DNA of 63,063 nt, counting the filler. It is 3 parts of 3 records of this genome, joined end to end, with 100 filler letters (N's around TTAATTAATTAA, not from the genome) between each part and the next. Parts side by side here need not be neighbours in the genome. Positions count along the whole stretch, not along the records: positions 1 to 24,319 come from SRR20825006_944; 2 more parts are not named here. The stretch is one strand, 5' to 3'. Below, in pieces: positions 1-11,382 of this stretch (position 1 is the stretch's first letter; every line of letters starts with the position of its first letter). The translations under genes were made by a program, and so were the position numbers. The notes under the pieces were generated by a model, which was not told where the DNA came from, ran no database searches, and saw only the letters and a program-made list of their open reading frames with translations.

Positions 1-387
1 ACCGCCCTGCATCTGGCGCATGAAGAAAATCCACACAGCGATCAGTAGCAGCATCGGGAACCAGGAGATAAAGATCTGCATCAGCAGACTGGTTTTTTCG
101 ACCGGTTCGGCCTGAATGCTGACACCGTTATCCAGCAAATCGCCGATAAGACCAGGATCATAGTCCGGGCTATAGGTGGTGAACTGGCTGCCATCGGTCA
201 GCTTACCCTGAATTTCCCGACCTTGGATATCCACGCTGGAGACAGCCCCGTTCTTAACGTTGCTGATAAAGGTCGAGTAATCCATTTCGTTTGACGAACT
301 GCTTTGCGGGCCAAAATTATTAAACACCGACATCAGCACAATGGCGATGACGACCCACAAAACAATATTTTTCATCATGTCATTCAA
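1..387 (-). CDS. ftsH: ATP-dependent zinc metalloprotease FtsH, N-terminal part (runs off window start)
   Basis: Manual translation from TTG at 387: MNDMMKNIVLWVVIAIVLMSVFNNF...LLMQIFISWFPMLLLIAVWIFFMRQMQGG, the typical FtsH N-terminus. GAGG RBS upstream. Lies downstream of rlmE. Confidence 0.95.
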   Translation of the reverse strand, partial: MNDMMKNIVLWVVIAIVLMSVFNNFGPQSSSSNEMDYSTFISNVKNGAVSSVDIQGREIQGKLTDGSQFTTYSPDYDPGLIGDLLDNGVSIQAEPVEKTSLLMQIFISWFPMLLLIAVWIFFMRQMQGG

Positions 388-416
388 TGTTTGGTACCTC
401 TGGTTACCATTAAACG

Positions 417-1034
417 CTATTTAAGACCGCGACCAAGCAGGTAGACTTCACGACTCCTGGCCCTGGACGCATCTGGCTTGCGGGTGACGACTTTATTGAA
501 ACTGTCCCGCATGGCCTTAAGAAATTCATCAAAGCCTTCACCCTGAAATACTTTGACCAGAAAACTGCCCTGTTTGCTCAGATTGGTGACGGCAAAATCC
601 AGTGCCAGTTCCACCAGATGCATGCTCGACGGCTGATCAATTGATCCTACACCTGTCATATTGGGGGCCATATCCGATAAAACAAGGTCTATCTGTCGAC
701 CATCAAGCACATTGTTGAGTTCATCCAGCACGGCATCTTCACGAAAATCACCCTGAATAAAGTGGACACCGGTCAGCGGTGTCATCTCCAGAATGTCGAG
801 TGCCACCACCGTACCTTTATCACCGACTTTGTCCAGTGCGTAATCTGACCAGCCTCCGGGCGCCGCACCCAGATCCACCACGCTCATGCCTGGTTTGAGC
901 AGTTTGTCTTTGTGATCGATTTCTTCCAGTTTGAAAGTCGCACGCGAACGATACCCTGCCTGCTGGGCTTTCTTAACATACTGGTCATCAAAGTGTTCTT
1001 TGAGCCAGCCTTGACTGGATTTACTTCTGGCCAT
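417..1034 (-). CDS. rlmE: 23S rRNA (U2552-2'-O)-methyltransferase RlmE/FtsJ
   Basis: [31 protein letters not shown] and [13 protein letters not shown] motifs. Confidence 0.97.
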   Translation of the reverse strand: MARSKSSQGWLKEHFDDQYVKKAQQAGYRSRATFKLEEIDHKDKLLKPGMSVVDLGAAPGGWSDYALDKVGDKGTVVALDILEMTPLTGVHFIQGDFREDAVLDELNNVLDGRQIDLVLSDMAPNMTGVGSIDQPSSMHLVELALDFAVTNLSKQGSFLVKVFQGEGFDEFLKAMRDSFNKVVTRKPDASRARSREVYLLGRGLK

Positions 1035-1037
1035 AAC

Positions 1038-1499
1038 TCAGGCCTCGTTAGCCGCTTCAGCGCGTTTGTCAGTAGTCAGTACCAACATTAACCCAAACAG
1101 ACTCAACAGCAAATAAAGATTTTCGCTCAGTTTGTGCAACTCGTTGAATCGCTCGATGTGATTACCCTGTTCCAGTCCCAGTTGTTTGAGTGCCTGCATT
1201 TCGGGCTGAATAAAGCCAACAAAAGCGAGGCTGACCAGCAACATCAACAATATCAGCCAACTTCGCCAGTAACGGGGAAATGCACGGACACCGAAAATGA
1301 ACAGGCGGCTGACCAACAAAATGGTGGCTGACACCACACCGATAATATTAACCGCATAAAATAGTTTGCCGGCATAATTGCCGGCAATATGCAGTTCCAG
1401 ATTAGCGAAGGCCATGGGCACAGCCAGATAACCGATTGCCCAGAGACTGCCTACCCACAGGGTGAGTAGTAAGCGTTCACCAGTATAGCCTGACAGCAT
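1038..1499 (-). CDS. DUF4149/TMEM205-like membrane protein
   Basis: Four hydrophobic segments, TLWVGSLWAIGYLAVP N-terminus, F.xLHxxS motif near the C-terminus, position after greA. Confidence 0.7.
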   Translation of the reverse strand: MLSGYTGERLLLTLWVGSLWAIGYLAVPMAFANLELHIAGNYAGKLFYAVNIIGVVSATILLVSRLFIFGVRAFPRYWRSWLILLMLLVSLAFVGFIQPEMQALKQLGLEQGNHIERFNELHKLSENLYLLLSLFGLMLVLTTDKRAEAANEA

Positions 1500-1507
1500 T
1501 CTAACGC

Positions 1508-1984
1508 TCAGCTCTCATAGCTGATATCGATAATTTCATAGTCAATATTGCCACTGGGTGCCTGTACCGTCACCACATCATCGATTTCCTTACCGATCAG
1601 CGCACGGGCAATAGGTGAAGAAACAGAAATACGGTTCAGTTTAATATCGGACTCATAGTCACCCACGATTTGATACTTCACTTCAGCGTCGGTATCGATA
1701 TTGAGCAGCGTCACAGTCACGCCGAAAACCACACGGCCATCCTGTGGCAATGAGGCCGGATCAATGATCTGTGATTGTGACAGAGTGCCCTCCAGTTCCT
1801 GAATCCGGCCTTCGATAAAGCTTTGCTGCTCCCGGGCAGCGTGATATTCGGCGTTTTCTTTCAGATCGCCGTGCTCACGTGCTTCCGCGATCGCGGCCAC
1901 GACCTGAGGTCGGGCTACCGTTTTCAGTTGTTTCAGTTCATCTTTCAGTGCATCTGCACCGCGCGTGGTAATTGGTACTGCCAT
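1508..1984 (-). CDS. greA: Transcription elongation factor GreA
   Basis: [17 protein letters not shown] and [14 protein letters not shown] motifs. Confidence 0.97.
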   Translation of the reverse strand: MAVPITTRGADALKDELKQLKTVARPQVVAAIAEAREHGDLKENAEYHAAREQQSFIEGRIQELEGTLSQSQIIDPASLPQDGRVVFGVTVTLLNIDTDAEVKYQIVGDYESDIKLNRISVSSPIARALIGKEIDDVVTVQAPSGNIDYEIIDISYES

Positions 1985-4900
1985 TAATTTAACTCTCCAT
2001 GCAAAGATTGCAGTCTGTTCACAGAAACAATGTCTTCACTATTAAGGGCTTGCACTGTCGCACGCGCCGCCGCCAGCGTAGTGGTGTAATTCACCTGATG
2101 GTGTAATGCAGCACGACGAATCTCCCGCGAATCGGCAACGGATTGACGTCCTTCGGTAGTATTGACGATGAGATTGATTTCGTCGTTTTTGATCATATCA
2201 ACAATATGCGGCTGACCTTCAGCCACTTTGTTGACCGGCTCACATTCAACACCGGCTTCAACCAGTACTTTTTGTGTGCCGCGGGTCGCGAGCAACGAGA
2301 AGCCCAGTGCCGCCAAGTCTTTGGCGATTTGCACCACGGCTACCTTATCAGCCTCTCGCACACTAATGAAAGCAGTGCCCCCTGTCGGCAGCGTGACTGA
2401 TGCCGCCAGTTGTGATTTGGCAAAAGCTTCACCAAAGGTACGACCGACCCCCATGACTTCACCGGTGGACTTCATTTCCGGCCCCAGAATCGGGTCCACA
2501 TTCTGGAACTTGATGAACGGGAACACTGCTTCTTTGACCGAGTAGTAACTCGGAATCACTTCCTTGGTCACATCCTGATCAACCAGACTCCGGCCGGCCA
2601 TGGCGCGGGCAGCGACTTTCGCCAGCGGCACACCAATAGACTTGGAAACATAAGGCACGGTACGCGATGCACGCGGATTCACTTCCAGGATAAAAATCTC
2701 TTCACCCTTGATAGCGAACTGGGTGTTCATCAACCCTTTAACGCCAAGTTCCAAAGCCATCTGACGCACCTGTTCACGCATCTGATCCTGAACCGCATTG
2801 CTCAAACTGTATGGCGGAATCGCACAGGCGGAGTCACCGGAGTGCACACCGGCCTGTTCGATATGTTCCATGATGCCGCCAATCAGGACGTCTTTACCGT
2901 CGCAAATGGCATCGACATCCACCTCAATCGCATCATCCAGGAAGCGATCCAGCAACACCGGTGAGTCATTGGAGACTTTTACCGCGTTCTGCATATAGCG
3001 CTGCAGTTCATCCTCGTTATAAACGATTTCCATGGCACGGCCACCCAGCACATAGGACGGGCGCACCACCAGCGGGTAACCGATTTCAGCAGCCAGGTTA
3101 ACGGCATTGTCGACCGAGTGGGCCAGACGGTTTGGTGGCTGCAGCAGCCCCAGTTTGTTAACCATTTGCTGGAAGCGTTCGCGGTCTTCCGCGTGGTCGA
3201 TGGCATCCGGCGAGGTACCGATAATCGGCACGCCAGCAGCTTCCAGCGCGCGCGCCAGTTTCAACGGTGTCTGACCACCAAACTGCACGATGACGCCTTT
3301 AGGTTTTTCCAGATCAACGATTTCCAGTACATCTTCCAGCGTCAATGATTCAAAGTAGAGACGATCGGAGGTGTCATAGTCGGTGGAAACCGTTTCCGGG
3401 TTACAGTTAACCATGATGGTCTCAAAACCGTCTTCACGCAGCGCCAGTGCTGCATGCACGCAGCAGTAGTCGAACTCGATACCCTGGCCGATACGGTTAG
3501 GACCACCACCCAGAATCATGATTTTGTCACGATCGCTCGGGTTGGCCTCGCATTCAATATCATAGCTTGAGTACATGTAAGCCGTTGTGGTGGCAAACTC
3601 GGCAGCACAGGTATCAACGCGTTTGTAGACCGGGCGCACCTGCATTTCCTGACGGTATTCACGCACCTGCTTCTCGGTTTTCTGCAACAGTTTGGCCAGA
3701 CGCGAGTCGGCAAAACCTTTACGTTTAAGGCGGAACATCTCGTTCTGATCCAGATCATTGAGCGAGCGTTCTTTCAGGCTGTTTTCAATCTCCACAATTT
3801 CCTGGATCTGAACCAGGAACCAGGGATCGATATGGGTCAGACGCTGCACTTCCTCAAAACTGAAGCCATAACGCAAGGCGTCGGCGACATACCAGAGACG
3901 ATCAGAACCCGGCAGACTCAGTTCGCGGCGCAGGGTTTCCTCGGTGCCTTCTTCAGTCAGGTCCAGAATTTCATTGAGACCGTCACGATCGATTTCCAGA
4001 CCACGCAGGGCTTTCTGCAATGATTCCTGAAAGCTGCGGCCAATGGCCATGACTTCACCGACTGATTTCATCTGCGTACTCAGACGATTATCGGCCTGGG
4101 GGAATTTTTCAAAGGTGAAGCGCGGCACCTTGGTGACCACGTAGTCAATTGAAGGCTCAAACGAAGCCGGTGTGGCATTGCCGGTAATTTCGTTCTGCAG
4201 TTCATCCAGCGTGTAACCCACTGCCAGCTTGGCAGCGACCTTGGCAATCGGGAAACCGGTGGCTTTTGACGCCAGAGCAGAAGAGCGAGACACCCGTGGA
4301 TTCATTTCGATAATGATCAGGCGACCCGTATCCGGGTTGACCGCAAACTGCACGTTGGAGCCGCCGGTATCAACACCAATTTCACGCAATACCGCCAGCG
4401 AGGCGTTACGCATGATTTGATATTCCTTGTCAGTCAGGGTCTGCGCCGGTGCCACGGTAATGGAGTCGCCGGTATGCACACCCATCGGATCCAGATTTTC
4501 AATCGAACAGATAATGATGGCGTTATCCTTACGGTCGCGCACCACTTCCATTTCATATTCTTTCCAGCCGATGATCGACTCTTCGATCAACAGTTCATGG
4601 GTCGGGCTCAGGTAAAGACCACGCTGACAAATTTCAACGAAGTCCTGCTTGTTGTAGGCAATACCGCCACCGCTGCCGCCCATGGTGAAGGACGGACGAA
4701 TAATCACCGGGAAGCCGAATTTTTCCTGAACTTCAAGCGCCTCTTCCAGGCTGTGAGCGATATCAGATTGCGGCATATCCAAACCGATCTTACGCATCGC
4801 TTCACGGAACAGGTCACGGTCTTCCGCTTTATTAATGGCTTCGCTGTCAGCGCCAATCATTTCAACGCCGAACTCGGCCAGTACGCCGTTTTTCTCCAGG

Positions 4901-5202
4901 TCCAGCGCACAGTTCAGTGCGGTCTGGCCGCCCATGGTGGGCAGAATCGCATCAGGACGTTCTGCTTCAATAACCTTTTTAACCGCCTGCCAGTTGATGG
5001 GCTCGATATAAGTCGCATCGGCCATATTGGGGTCGGTCATAATGGTGGCGGGGTTCGAGTTCACCAGGATGACACGATAGCCTTCCTCTGTGAGGGCTTT
5101 ACATGCCTGAGCACCGGAATAATCGAATTCACAGGCCTGGCCGATAACAATCGGACCTGCGCCCAGAATCAGAATACTTTGAATATCAGTACGTTTCGCC
5201 AT
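1984..5202 (-). CDS. carB: Carbamoyl-phosphate synthase large subunit
   Basis: [17 protein letters not shown], duplicated ATP-grasp halves ([15 protein letters not shown]), C-terminal MGS-like domain, 1072 aa. Confidence 0.99.
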   Translation of the reverse strand: MAKRTDIQSILILGAGPIVIGQACEFDYSGAQACKALTEEGYRVILVNSNPATIMTDPNMADATYIEPINWQAVKKVIEAERPDAILPTMGGQTALNCALDLEKNGVLAEFGVEMIGADSEAINKAEDRDLFREAMRKIGLDMPQSDIAHSLEEALEVQEKFGFPVIIRPSFTMGGSGGGIAYNKQDFVEICQRGLYLSPTHELLIEESIIGWKEYEMEVVRDRKDNAIIICSIENLDPMGVHTGDSITVAPAQTLTDKEYQIMRNASLAVLREIGVDTGGSNVQFAVNPDTGRLIIIEMNPRVSRSSALASKATGFPIAKVAAKLAVGYTLDELQNEITGNATPASFEPSIDYVVTKVPRFTFEKFPQADNRLSTQMKSVGEVMAIGRSFQESLQKALRGLEIDRDGLNEILDLTEEGTEETLRRELSLPGSDRLWYVADALRYGFSFEEVQRLTHIDPWFLVQIQEIVEIENSLKERSLNDLDQNEMFRLKRKGFADSRLAKLLQKTEKQVREYRQEMQVRPVYKRVDTCAAEFATTTAYMYSSYDIECEANPSDRDKIMILGGGPNRIGQGIEFDYCCVHAALALREDGFETIMVNCNPETVSTDYDTSDRLYFESLTLEDVLEIVDLEKPKGVIVQFGGQTPLKLARALEAAGVPIIGTSPDAIDHAEDRERFQQMVNKLGLLQPPNRLAHSVDNAVNLAAEIGYPLVVRPSYVLGGRAMEIVYNEDELQRYMQNAVKVSNDSPVLLDRFLDDAIEVDVDAICDGKDVLIGGIMEHIEQAGVHSGDSACAIPPYSLSNAVQDQMREQVRQMALELGVKGLMNTQFAIKGEEIFILEVNPRASRTVPYVSKSIGVPLAKVAARAMAGRSLVDQDVTKEVIPSYYSVKEAVFPFIKFQNVDPILGPEMKSTGEVMGVGRTFGEAFAKSQLAASVTLPTGGTAFISVREADKVAVVQIAKDLAALGFSLLATRGTQKVLVEAGVECEPVNKVAEGQPHIVDMIKNDEINLIVNTTEGRQSVADSREIRRAALHHQVNYTTTLAAARATVQALNSEDIVSVNRLQSLHGELN

Positions 5203-5208
5203 CGTGAA

Positions 5209-6339
5209 TTATTTACCTGTCGCTTGTTCGAGTAAATCGATAAAGTGATCAAAAAGTGGCGCCGCGTCTTGCGGGCCGGGACTGGCTTCCGGGTGACCCT
5301 GGAAACTGAAAGCCGGTTTGGTGCTGTGATGAATCCCCTGCAAGGTACCGTCGAACAAAGAACGATGGGTCGCCGTCAAGGTATCCGGCAGCGTGTCTTC
5401 ATCAATGGCAAAACTGTGGTTCTGACTGGTAATCATCACCAGCCCTGCCAGCAGTTCCTGTACCGGATGGTTAGCACCATGGTGACCGAATTTCATTTTT
5501 ACCGATTTGGCACCGCAGGCCAGACCCAGTAACTGGTGACCAAGACAAATACCGAAAATCGGCAGGTCTTTTTCCAGCAAAGTCTGAATCGCTTTAATTG
5601 CGTAATCACAGGGTTCCGGGTCGCCGGGGCCGTTGGACAGAAAAACACCATCCGGATTCAGTGCCAGCACCTCCTCGGCCGACGTTTGCGCCGGTACAAC
5701 GGTCAGTTTGCAGCCGCGCTCCACCAGCATGCGCAGAATGTTTTTCTTGGCACCGTAATCATAGGCCACTACGTGGAAACGTGGTTCAGCCGCTTTTGAT
5801 TCGCCGTCCAGGTGCCAGATGCCCTGGTCCCAGCTGTAACTCTCCTTGGTGCTGACGACTTTCGCCAGGTCCATGCCTTTGAGACCTTCGAAGGATTTTG
5901 CTGCTGCTATAGCCGCATTCACATCGATATCATCACCGGCCACGATACAGGCGTTCATTGCACCTTTTTCACGCAGCCGACGGGTCAGAGCACGGGTATC
6001 AATACCGGCCAGACCGACCACATTGTGGCGGGTCAGATAGGCATCCAGAGATTCTTCACTACGCCAGCTGCTGACCACTGGTGACAAATCGCGGATGATC
6101 AAACCACTCGCAAAAACCTGATCGGACTCTTCATCTTCCGCATTGACACCGGTGTTGCCGATGTGCGGATAGGTCAAAGTCACAATTTGACGAGTATAGG
6201 AAGGATCGGTCAGGATTTCCTGATAGCCAGTCATAGCCGTGTTAAACACCACTTCACCGACTGACTGGCCAATGGCTCCAATCGATTCGCCGTGATAAAC
6301 CGTGCCGTCTTCAAGAGCAAGTAATGCACTCGTTCGCAA
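5209..6339 (-). CDS. carA: Carbamoyl-phosphate synthase small subunit
   Basis: [28 protein letters not shown] (catalytic Cys) and [11 protein letters not shown]. Confidence 0.99.
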   Translation of the reverse strand: MRTSALLALEDGTVYHGESIGAIGQSVGEVVFNTAMTGYQEILTDPSYTRQIVTLTYPHIGNTGVNAEDEESDQVFASGLIIRDLSPVVSSWRSEESLDAYLTRHNVVGLAGIDTRALTRRLREKGAMNACIVAGDDIDVNAAIAAAKSFEGLKGMDLAKVVSTKESYSWDQGIWHLDGESKAAEPRFHVVAYDYGAKKNILRMLVERGCKLTVVPAQTSAEEVLALNPDGVFLSNGPGDPEPCDYAIKAIQTLLEKDLPIFGICLGHQLLGLACGAKSVKMKFGHHGANHPVQELLAGLVMITSQNHSFAIDEDTLPDTLTATHRSLFDGTLQGIHHSTKPAFSFQGHPEASPGPQDAAPLFDHFIDLLEQATGK

Positions 6340-6379
6340 GGGAGACCTCCACCAGATAAAAATAATGGGGCAAACATGA

Positions 6380-7525
<1,146 letters not shown>

Positions 7526-7531
7526 ATTTTT

Positions 7532-8365
7532 ATGACAGACAAATATGCCGTCATCGGCAACCCTATCAGCCATAGCAAGTCCCCCCTGATTCACAGCGAG
7601 TTTGCCAGACAGACCGGACAGGAAATTGAGTACACAGCCATTGAAGTGCCGGTTGACGGTCTGGAAAGCAGCCTGTCGCAGCTGCGTGACGTACTTAAAT
7701 TAAAAGGGATTAACATCACCGTGCCGTTCAAGGAACAGGCCTGGCAGCTGGTGAAAAATAAATCCGAGCGGGCTGAGCGTGCCGGTGCCATCAATACGCT
7801 TGTTTTTGGTGATGACGGTTCCGTCTATGGTGACAATACTGACGGTATCGGCCTGTGTCGTGATCTGATTCATAACCACGGCATTACGCTCAGAGGCAAA
7901 CGCATTCTATTACTGGGTGCCGGAGGGGCAGCCAGGGGGGTCATCGAACCCTTGCTCAGTTATCAGCCGGCCGAACTATTTGTTGCTAACCGTACCGCGA
8001 GCAAGGCGAAAGACCTCGCCGATCTGTTCCATGATTTGGGCAATATTAAGGCGGGTGGTTTTGAGCAGATTAGCCCTGTATTCGATATCGTAATTAATGC
8101 CACAGCGGCGAGTCTGCAGGGTGAGGTTCCACCGCTGCCTGATGATCTGCTGGCTGATGGCGCAGCCTGCTACGACATGATGTATAGCGATACCGACACT
8201 GCTTTTATCAGCTGGGCCCGACAACACAGTGCCGCGCAATCACTTGATGGTCTGGGAATGCTGGTAGAACAGGCGGCGGAAGCTTTCCATATCTGGCGCG
8301 GAATCAGGCCCGACAGTGGCAGCGTGATCAAACGGCTTCGGGATAGAACATCACAAGAAGGCTAA
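7532..8365 (+). CDS. aroE: Shikimate dehydrogenase
   Basis: GNPISHSKSP, NITVPFK, GDNTDGIG, GAGGAARG and DGLGMLVEQAAEAF motifs. Confidence 0.96.
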   Translation: MTDKYAVIGNPISHSKSPLIHSEFARQTGQEIEYTAIEVPVDGLESSLSQLRDVLKLKGINITVPFKEQAWQLVKNKSERAERAGAINTLVFGDDGSVYGDNTDGIGLCRDLIHNHGITLRGKRILLLGAGGAARGVIEPLLSYQPAELFVANRTASKAKDLADLFHDLGNIKAGGFEQISPVFDIVINATAASLQGEVPPLPDDLLADGAACYDMMYSDTDTAFISWARQHSAAQSLDGLGMLVEQAAEAFHIWRGIRPDSGSVIKRLRDRTSQEG

Positions 8366-8377
8366 AGCAGCCTGAAG

Positions 8378-8448
8378 AAAAATATCCTCATCACTGTTCA
8401 GCCATTCTTGTTTGTTGATTATGAATGCTTTCACAGTTGATGAGGATA
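8378..8448 (-). terminator. Long imperfect hairpin with U-tract downstream of 6S RNA, between convergent aroE and ssrS
   Basis: TATCCTCATCA (8383-8393) pairs with TGATGAGGATA (8438-8448), with inner pairs ACTGT/ACAGT and CATTC/GAATG. AAAAA at 8378-8382 gives a U5 tail on the minus strand. Confidence 0.55.
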
Positions 8449-8460
8449 AGGGGAAAAATT

Positions 8461-8641
8461 AAGCCCCACAGTGTCGATGCGACGGGGGTTCTTGAACCAT
8501 GGGGTCCAAGAGGGAAACCGCATGAAGCCGGCAAACTTCCCGTCGAAGCGGGCCTGTTTTTCGACTTCGAGATTTTGGTTTCCTAAGCATTTGCTTATCG
8601 GCTCAAGACACACAGTGTCGCTGTCGAGCACCGCAGGGACA
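8461..8641 (-). ncRNA. ssrS: 6S RNA
   Basis: About 180 nt immediately downstream of zapA, the canonical location. The minus strand reads GTCCCTGCGGTG...CTTGAGCCGATA...CTTGGACCCCATGGTTCAAG...ACTGTGGGGCT with complementary ends. TATCAT -10 at 8649-8654. Confidence 0.85.
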
Positions 8642-8685
8642 TAACTGAATGATACGCAATATTAAAACGTGAAGCCCAAATTTTT

Positions 8686-8991
8686 TTAAAGTTCGAGCTG
8701 ACGATCTTCGTCCAGAAATGCACTAACCCGCTCTTTGAGCTGCAAAATTTTGTTGTTCACTTTATCCAGGTCATGATTCTCATCATGCTGGATTTGTATC
8801 AGCTCGTGCGCAATATTAAGTGCCGCCATCACCGCGATACGATCGACACCCACCACCTTACCGCTGTGGCGGATCTTTTCCATGTTCTCGTGCACCATGC
8901 GCGCGGAGGCAATCAGAGCCTCTTTTTCTTCTTCCGGGCAGGCAATCTGATATTCCTTACCGAGAATGGTGACCGTAACCGGTGAACTCAT
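8686..8991 (-). CDS. zapA: Cell division protein ZapA
   Basis: VTILGKEYQIACP and DRIAVMAALNIAHEL motifs. Confidence 0.93.
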   Translation of the reverse strand: MSSPVTVTILGKEYQIACPEEEKEALIASARMVHENMEKIRHSGKVVGVDRIAVMAALNIAHELIQIQHDENHDLDKVNNKILQLKERVSAFLDEDRQLEL

Positions 8992-9197
8992 AATTCGCTA
9001 TCCAATTCTTTCAGACGACTGACCATTTTTTCAATACGATTGCGTGCCACATCGGTTTTTTCAAGCAGTTGAGCCCTTTCGCTCAACCAGGCTGCCTGCT
9101 GTGATTTGAGCAGCATATTTTCTTCCCGCAAACGGCGACTGGTACGAAGCAGTTCATCGACTTGCTGTTCCAATTGTTGAATCGCGTGTTTATCCAT
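8988..9197 (-). CDS. TIGR02449 family / ZapB-like coiled-coil protein
   Basis: 69-aa coiled coil (LREEN..L...Q..W..ERAQL.EK...AR.RIE.M..RLK) overlapping the zapA start. Confidence 0.85.
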   Translation of the reverse strand: MDKHAIQQLEQQVDELLRTSRRLREENMLLKSQQAAWLSERAQLLEKTDVARNRIEKMVSRLKELDSEL

Positions 9198-9307
9198 TTA
9201 TTATAAGTTCTTGGCTATGCGAGAATTAGGGGTAATCAATTTACCCCCAACTGGAAGCCGCTTTACTAATATCGCAGGCCTGCCGATTGGGGGGTAACTC
9301 GGCTATA

Positions 9308-9350
9308 ACTATAGACGCGCCCTGCCAATCGGGTCAACAACTGTCATAAT
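9308..9350. promoter_or_regulatory. Overlapping divergent sigma70-type promoters
   Basis: Minus strand: TTGACC(9337-9332)-N18-TATAGT(9313-9308) for zapB-like/zapA. Plus strand: CTGCCA(9322-9327)-N17-CATAAT(9345-9350) with an extended TG, for the ygfB operon. Confidence 0.55.
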
Positions 9351-9424
9351 AGTGGTTGATTAACTGCCTCAGCGTTGTTGCTACAGCCAACCAACGCTGA
9401 CTCAAATTCAGGACTTTTCGCTTT

Positions 9425-9976
9425 ATGTCACAACTTTATTTCCCTTCCCTGTCACCGGAGAAACAGACGGGCGATGGCCCGGCAACACTGGCTGAACTGC
9501 AGGGTGCGCTCTGTGGTCTGCTATGCATGGATTCCATGGCTGATCGCACCAGCTGGTACAACCAGCTGTTTGAGGATTTTCACCCCAGCGAGGAAGAGAA
9601 GCAGGATCTGACTCATCTGTTTGATGACACCATACAGGCGCTCAACAGCCTCGATTTTGATTTTGAAATGGAACTGCCAGACGATAATGCACCGCTGGCG
9701 TCGAGACTGTCAGCCATGGCTGAATGGTGCCAGGGCCTGGTTTACGGGCTGGGGACAAGCGGTATGACTAATGAAACCGATTTGTCTGATGATTCTCGTG
9801 AATTTGTGACCGATGTCATTAAAATCAGTCAGGTCAGCTTCGAGGAAATCAAGGATAGCGAAGAGGAACAAGCTAACTTCGAAGAACTGGTCGAGTATCT
9901 GCGAATGGGTTTATTCCTGCTCTATGGTGAACTACAACCCGTCGACCCGACCGAAGAAAAGAGTATTGAGCACTAA
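9425..9976 (+). CDS. ygfB: UPF0149 (YgfB/YecA) family protein
   Basis: AELQGALCGLLC, WCQGLVYGLG and EELVEYLRMG motifs; first gene of the ygfB-pepP-ubiH operon. Confidence 0.85.
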   Translation: MSQLYFPSLSPEKQTGDGPATLAELQGALCGLLCMDSMADRTSWYNQLFEDFHPSEEEKQDLTHLFDDTIQALNSLDFDFEMELPDDNAPLASRLSAMAEWCQGLVYGLGTSGMTNETDLSDDSREFVTDVIKISQVSFEEIKDSEEEQANFEELVEYLRMGLFLLYGELQPVDPTEEKSIEH

Positions 9977-10045
9977 TAAATAAACGCTTCTTCCACTGCG
10001 GCTATCAAGCCTCGCTGCGAAGAGGATGAAAGATAAACAGGTCCT

Positions 10046-11368
10046 ATGTTGAAGAAAGAATTTGCCAAACGCCGCCAGCGCCTGATGGAAATCATGGGCC
10101 AAGACAGCATTGCTGTGCTGCCCAATGCCCCAGTGGCGCCCCGTAATCGCGATGTCGATTTCCCTTATCGCAGCGAGAGTCATTTCCATTATCTGACCGG
10201 TTTTGATGAACCGGAATCAGTCATGGTGCTGATCCCGGGTCGCGAGCATGGTGAATATATCCTGTTCTGCCGGGAGCGGGATCTGGATAAGGAAATCTGG
10301 GATGGCTACCGCGCCGGCCAGGAAGGTGCCGTAGAAAACTACGGTGCAGACGACTCCTACCCCATCAGCGATCTGGATGATATTTTGCCCGGCCTGCTGG
10401 AAGGCAAGGAAAAAGTCTTTTACACCATGGGCAATCAAGCCTCTTTCGACCAGCATATGGTGTCCTGGCTCAATCATCTGCGTCAGGCGGCCCGCGCCGG
10501 CAAACATTCACCCCATGAAATTGTTGATCTTGAATACAGCCTCAACGAACTGAGACTGTTTAAATCCGGCGCTGAAATCAAGGCTATGCGCCACGCCGCC
10601 GAGGCATCAGTCAAAGCGCATATCCGCGCCATGCAGTTCACGCGTCCCGGCAAATGGGAATATGAGGTTGAGGCTGAGCTGATCCACGAATTTATGAAAC
10701 ATGGTTGCCGCTCACCAGCCTATCCATCGATCGTCGGTGGCGGTGAAAACGGCTGCATCCTGCATTACATCGAAAACAGCAGCAAACTCAAGAATAATGA
10801 CTTGCTGCTAATCGATGCCGGTGCGGAGTACCAGTGCTACGCCGCTGATATCACCCGCACTTTCCCGGTCAACGGCAAATTTAGCGAAGCGCAAGCTCAA
10901 CTCTATCAGGTCGTGCTGAATGCACAGAAAGCGGCTATTGCCGCAGTCAAGCCCGGCAACCACTGGAATCAGCCCCATGAAGCGGCGGTGGAAGTCCTGA
11001 CTCAGGGTCTGATTGATCTTGGCTTGCTCAAAGGCGAACTGCAGCAACTGATTGCAGATCATGCCTATCGTGAATTCTTTATGCACCGAACCGGCCACTG
11101 GCTGGGCATGGATGTGCATGATGTCGGTGACTACAAAATTGATGAAGAATGGCGACTGCTGGAGCCGGGCATGGTGCTGACCGTGGAACCGGGCCTGTAT
11201 ATCCGCGACCCGCAGCACATCGATAAGAAATGGCACTTTACCGGTATCCGTATTGAAGATGATGTGCTGGTGACTAAAGCGGGCTGCGAGGTCCTGACTG
11301 AAGCCGCACCAAAGGAAATCGCTGATATCGAAGCCATCATGGCTGAAGCGAAGTCCGCCGCGGCATAG
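10046..11368 (+). CDS. pepP: Xaa-Pro aminopeptidase (aminopeptidase P)
   Basis: Intact metal ligands in LIDAG, YAADITRT, HRTGHWLGMDVHD, TVEPGLY and GIRIEDD. Confidence 0.96.
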   Translation: MLKKEFAKRRQRLMEIMGQDSIAVLPNAPVAPRNRDVDFPYRSESHFHYLTGFDEPESVMVLIPGREHGEYILFCRERDLDKEIWDGYRAGQEGAVENYGADDSYPISDLDDILPGLLEGKEKVFYTMGNQASFDQHMVSWLNHLRQAARAGKHSPHEIVDLEYSLNELRLFKSGAEIKAMRHAAEASVKAHIRAMQFTRPGKWEYEVEAELIHEFMKHGCRSPAYPSIVGGGENGCILHYIENSSKLKNNDLLLIDAGAEYQCYAADITRTFPVNGKFSEAQAQLYQVVLNAQKAAIAAVKPGNHWNQPHEAAVEVLTQGLIDLGLLKGELQQLIADHAYREFFMHRTGHWLGMDVHDVGDYKIDEEWRLLEPGMVLTVEPGLYIRDPQHIDKKWHFTGIRIEDDVLVTKAGCEVLTEAAPKEIADIEAIMAEAKSAAA

Positions 11369-11382
11369 TTAAAGAGAAAACC

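Noticed and set aside
4417-5235. 272-aa plus-strand ORF and the other ORFs antisense to carB/carA
   Set aside because: Shadow ORFs opposite highly conserved genes, with no motifs
8431-8631. 66-aa minus-strand ORF
   Set aside because: Coincides with the 6S RNA; no protein features
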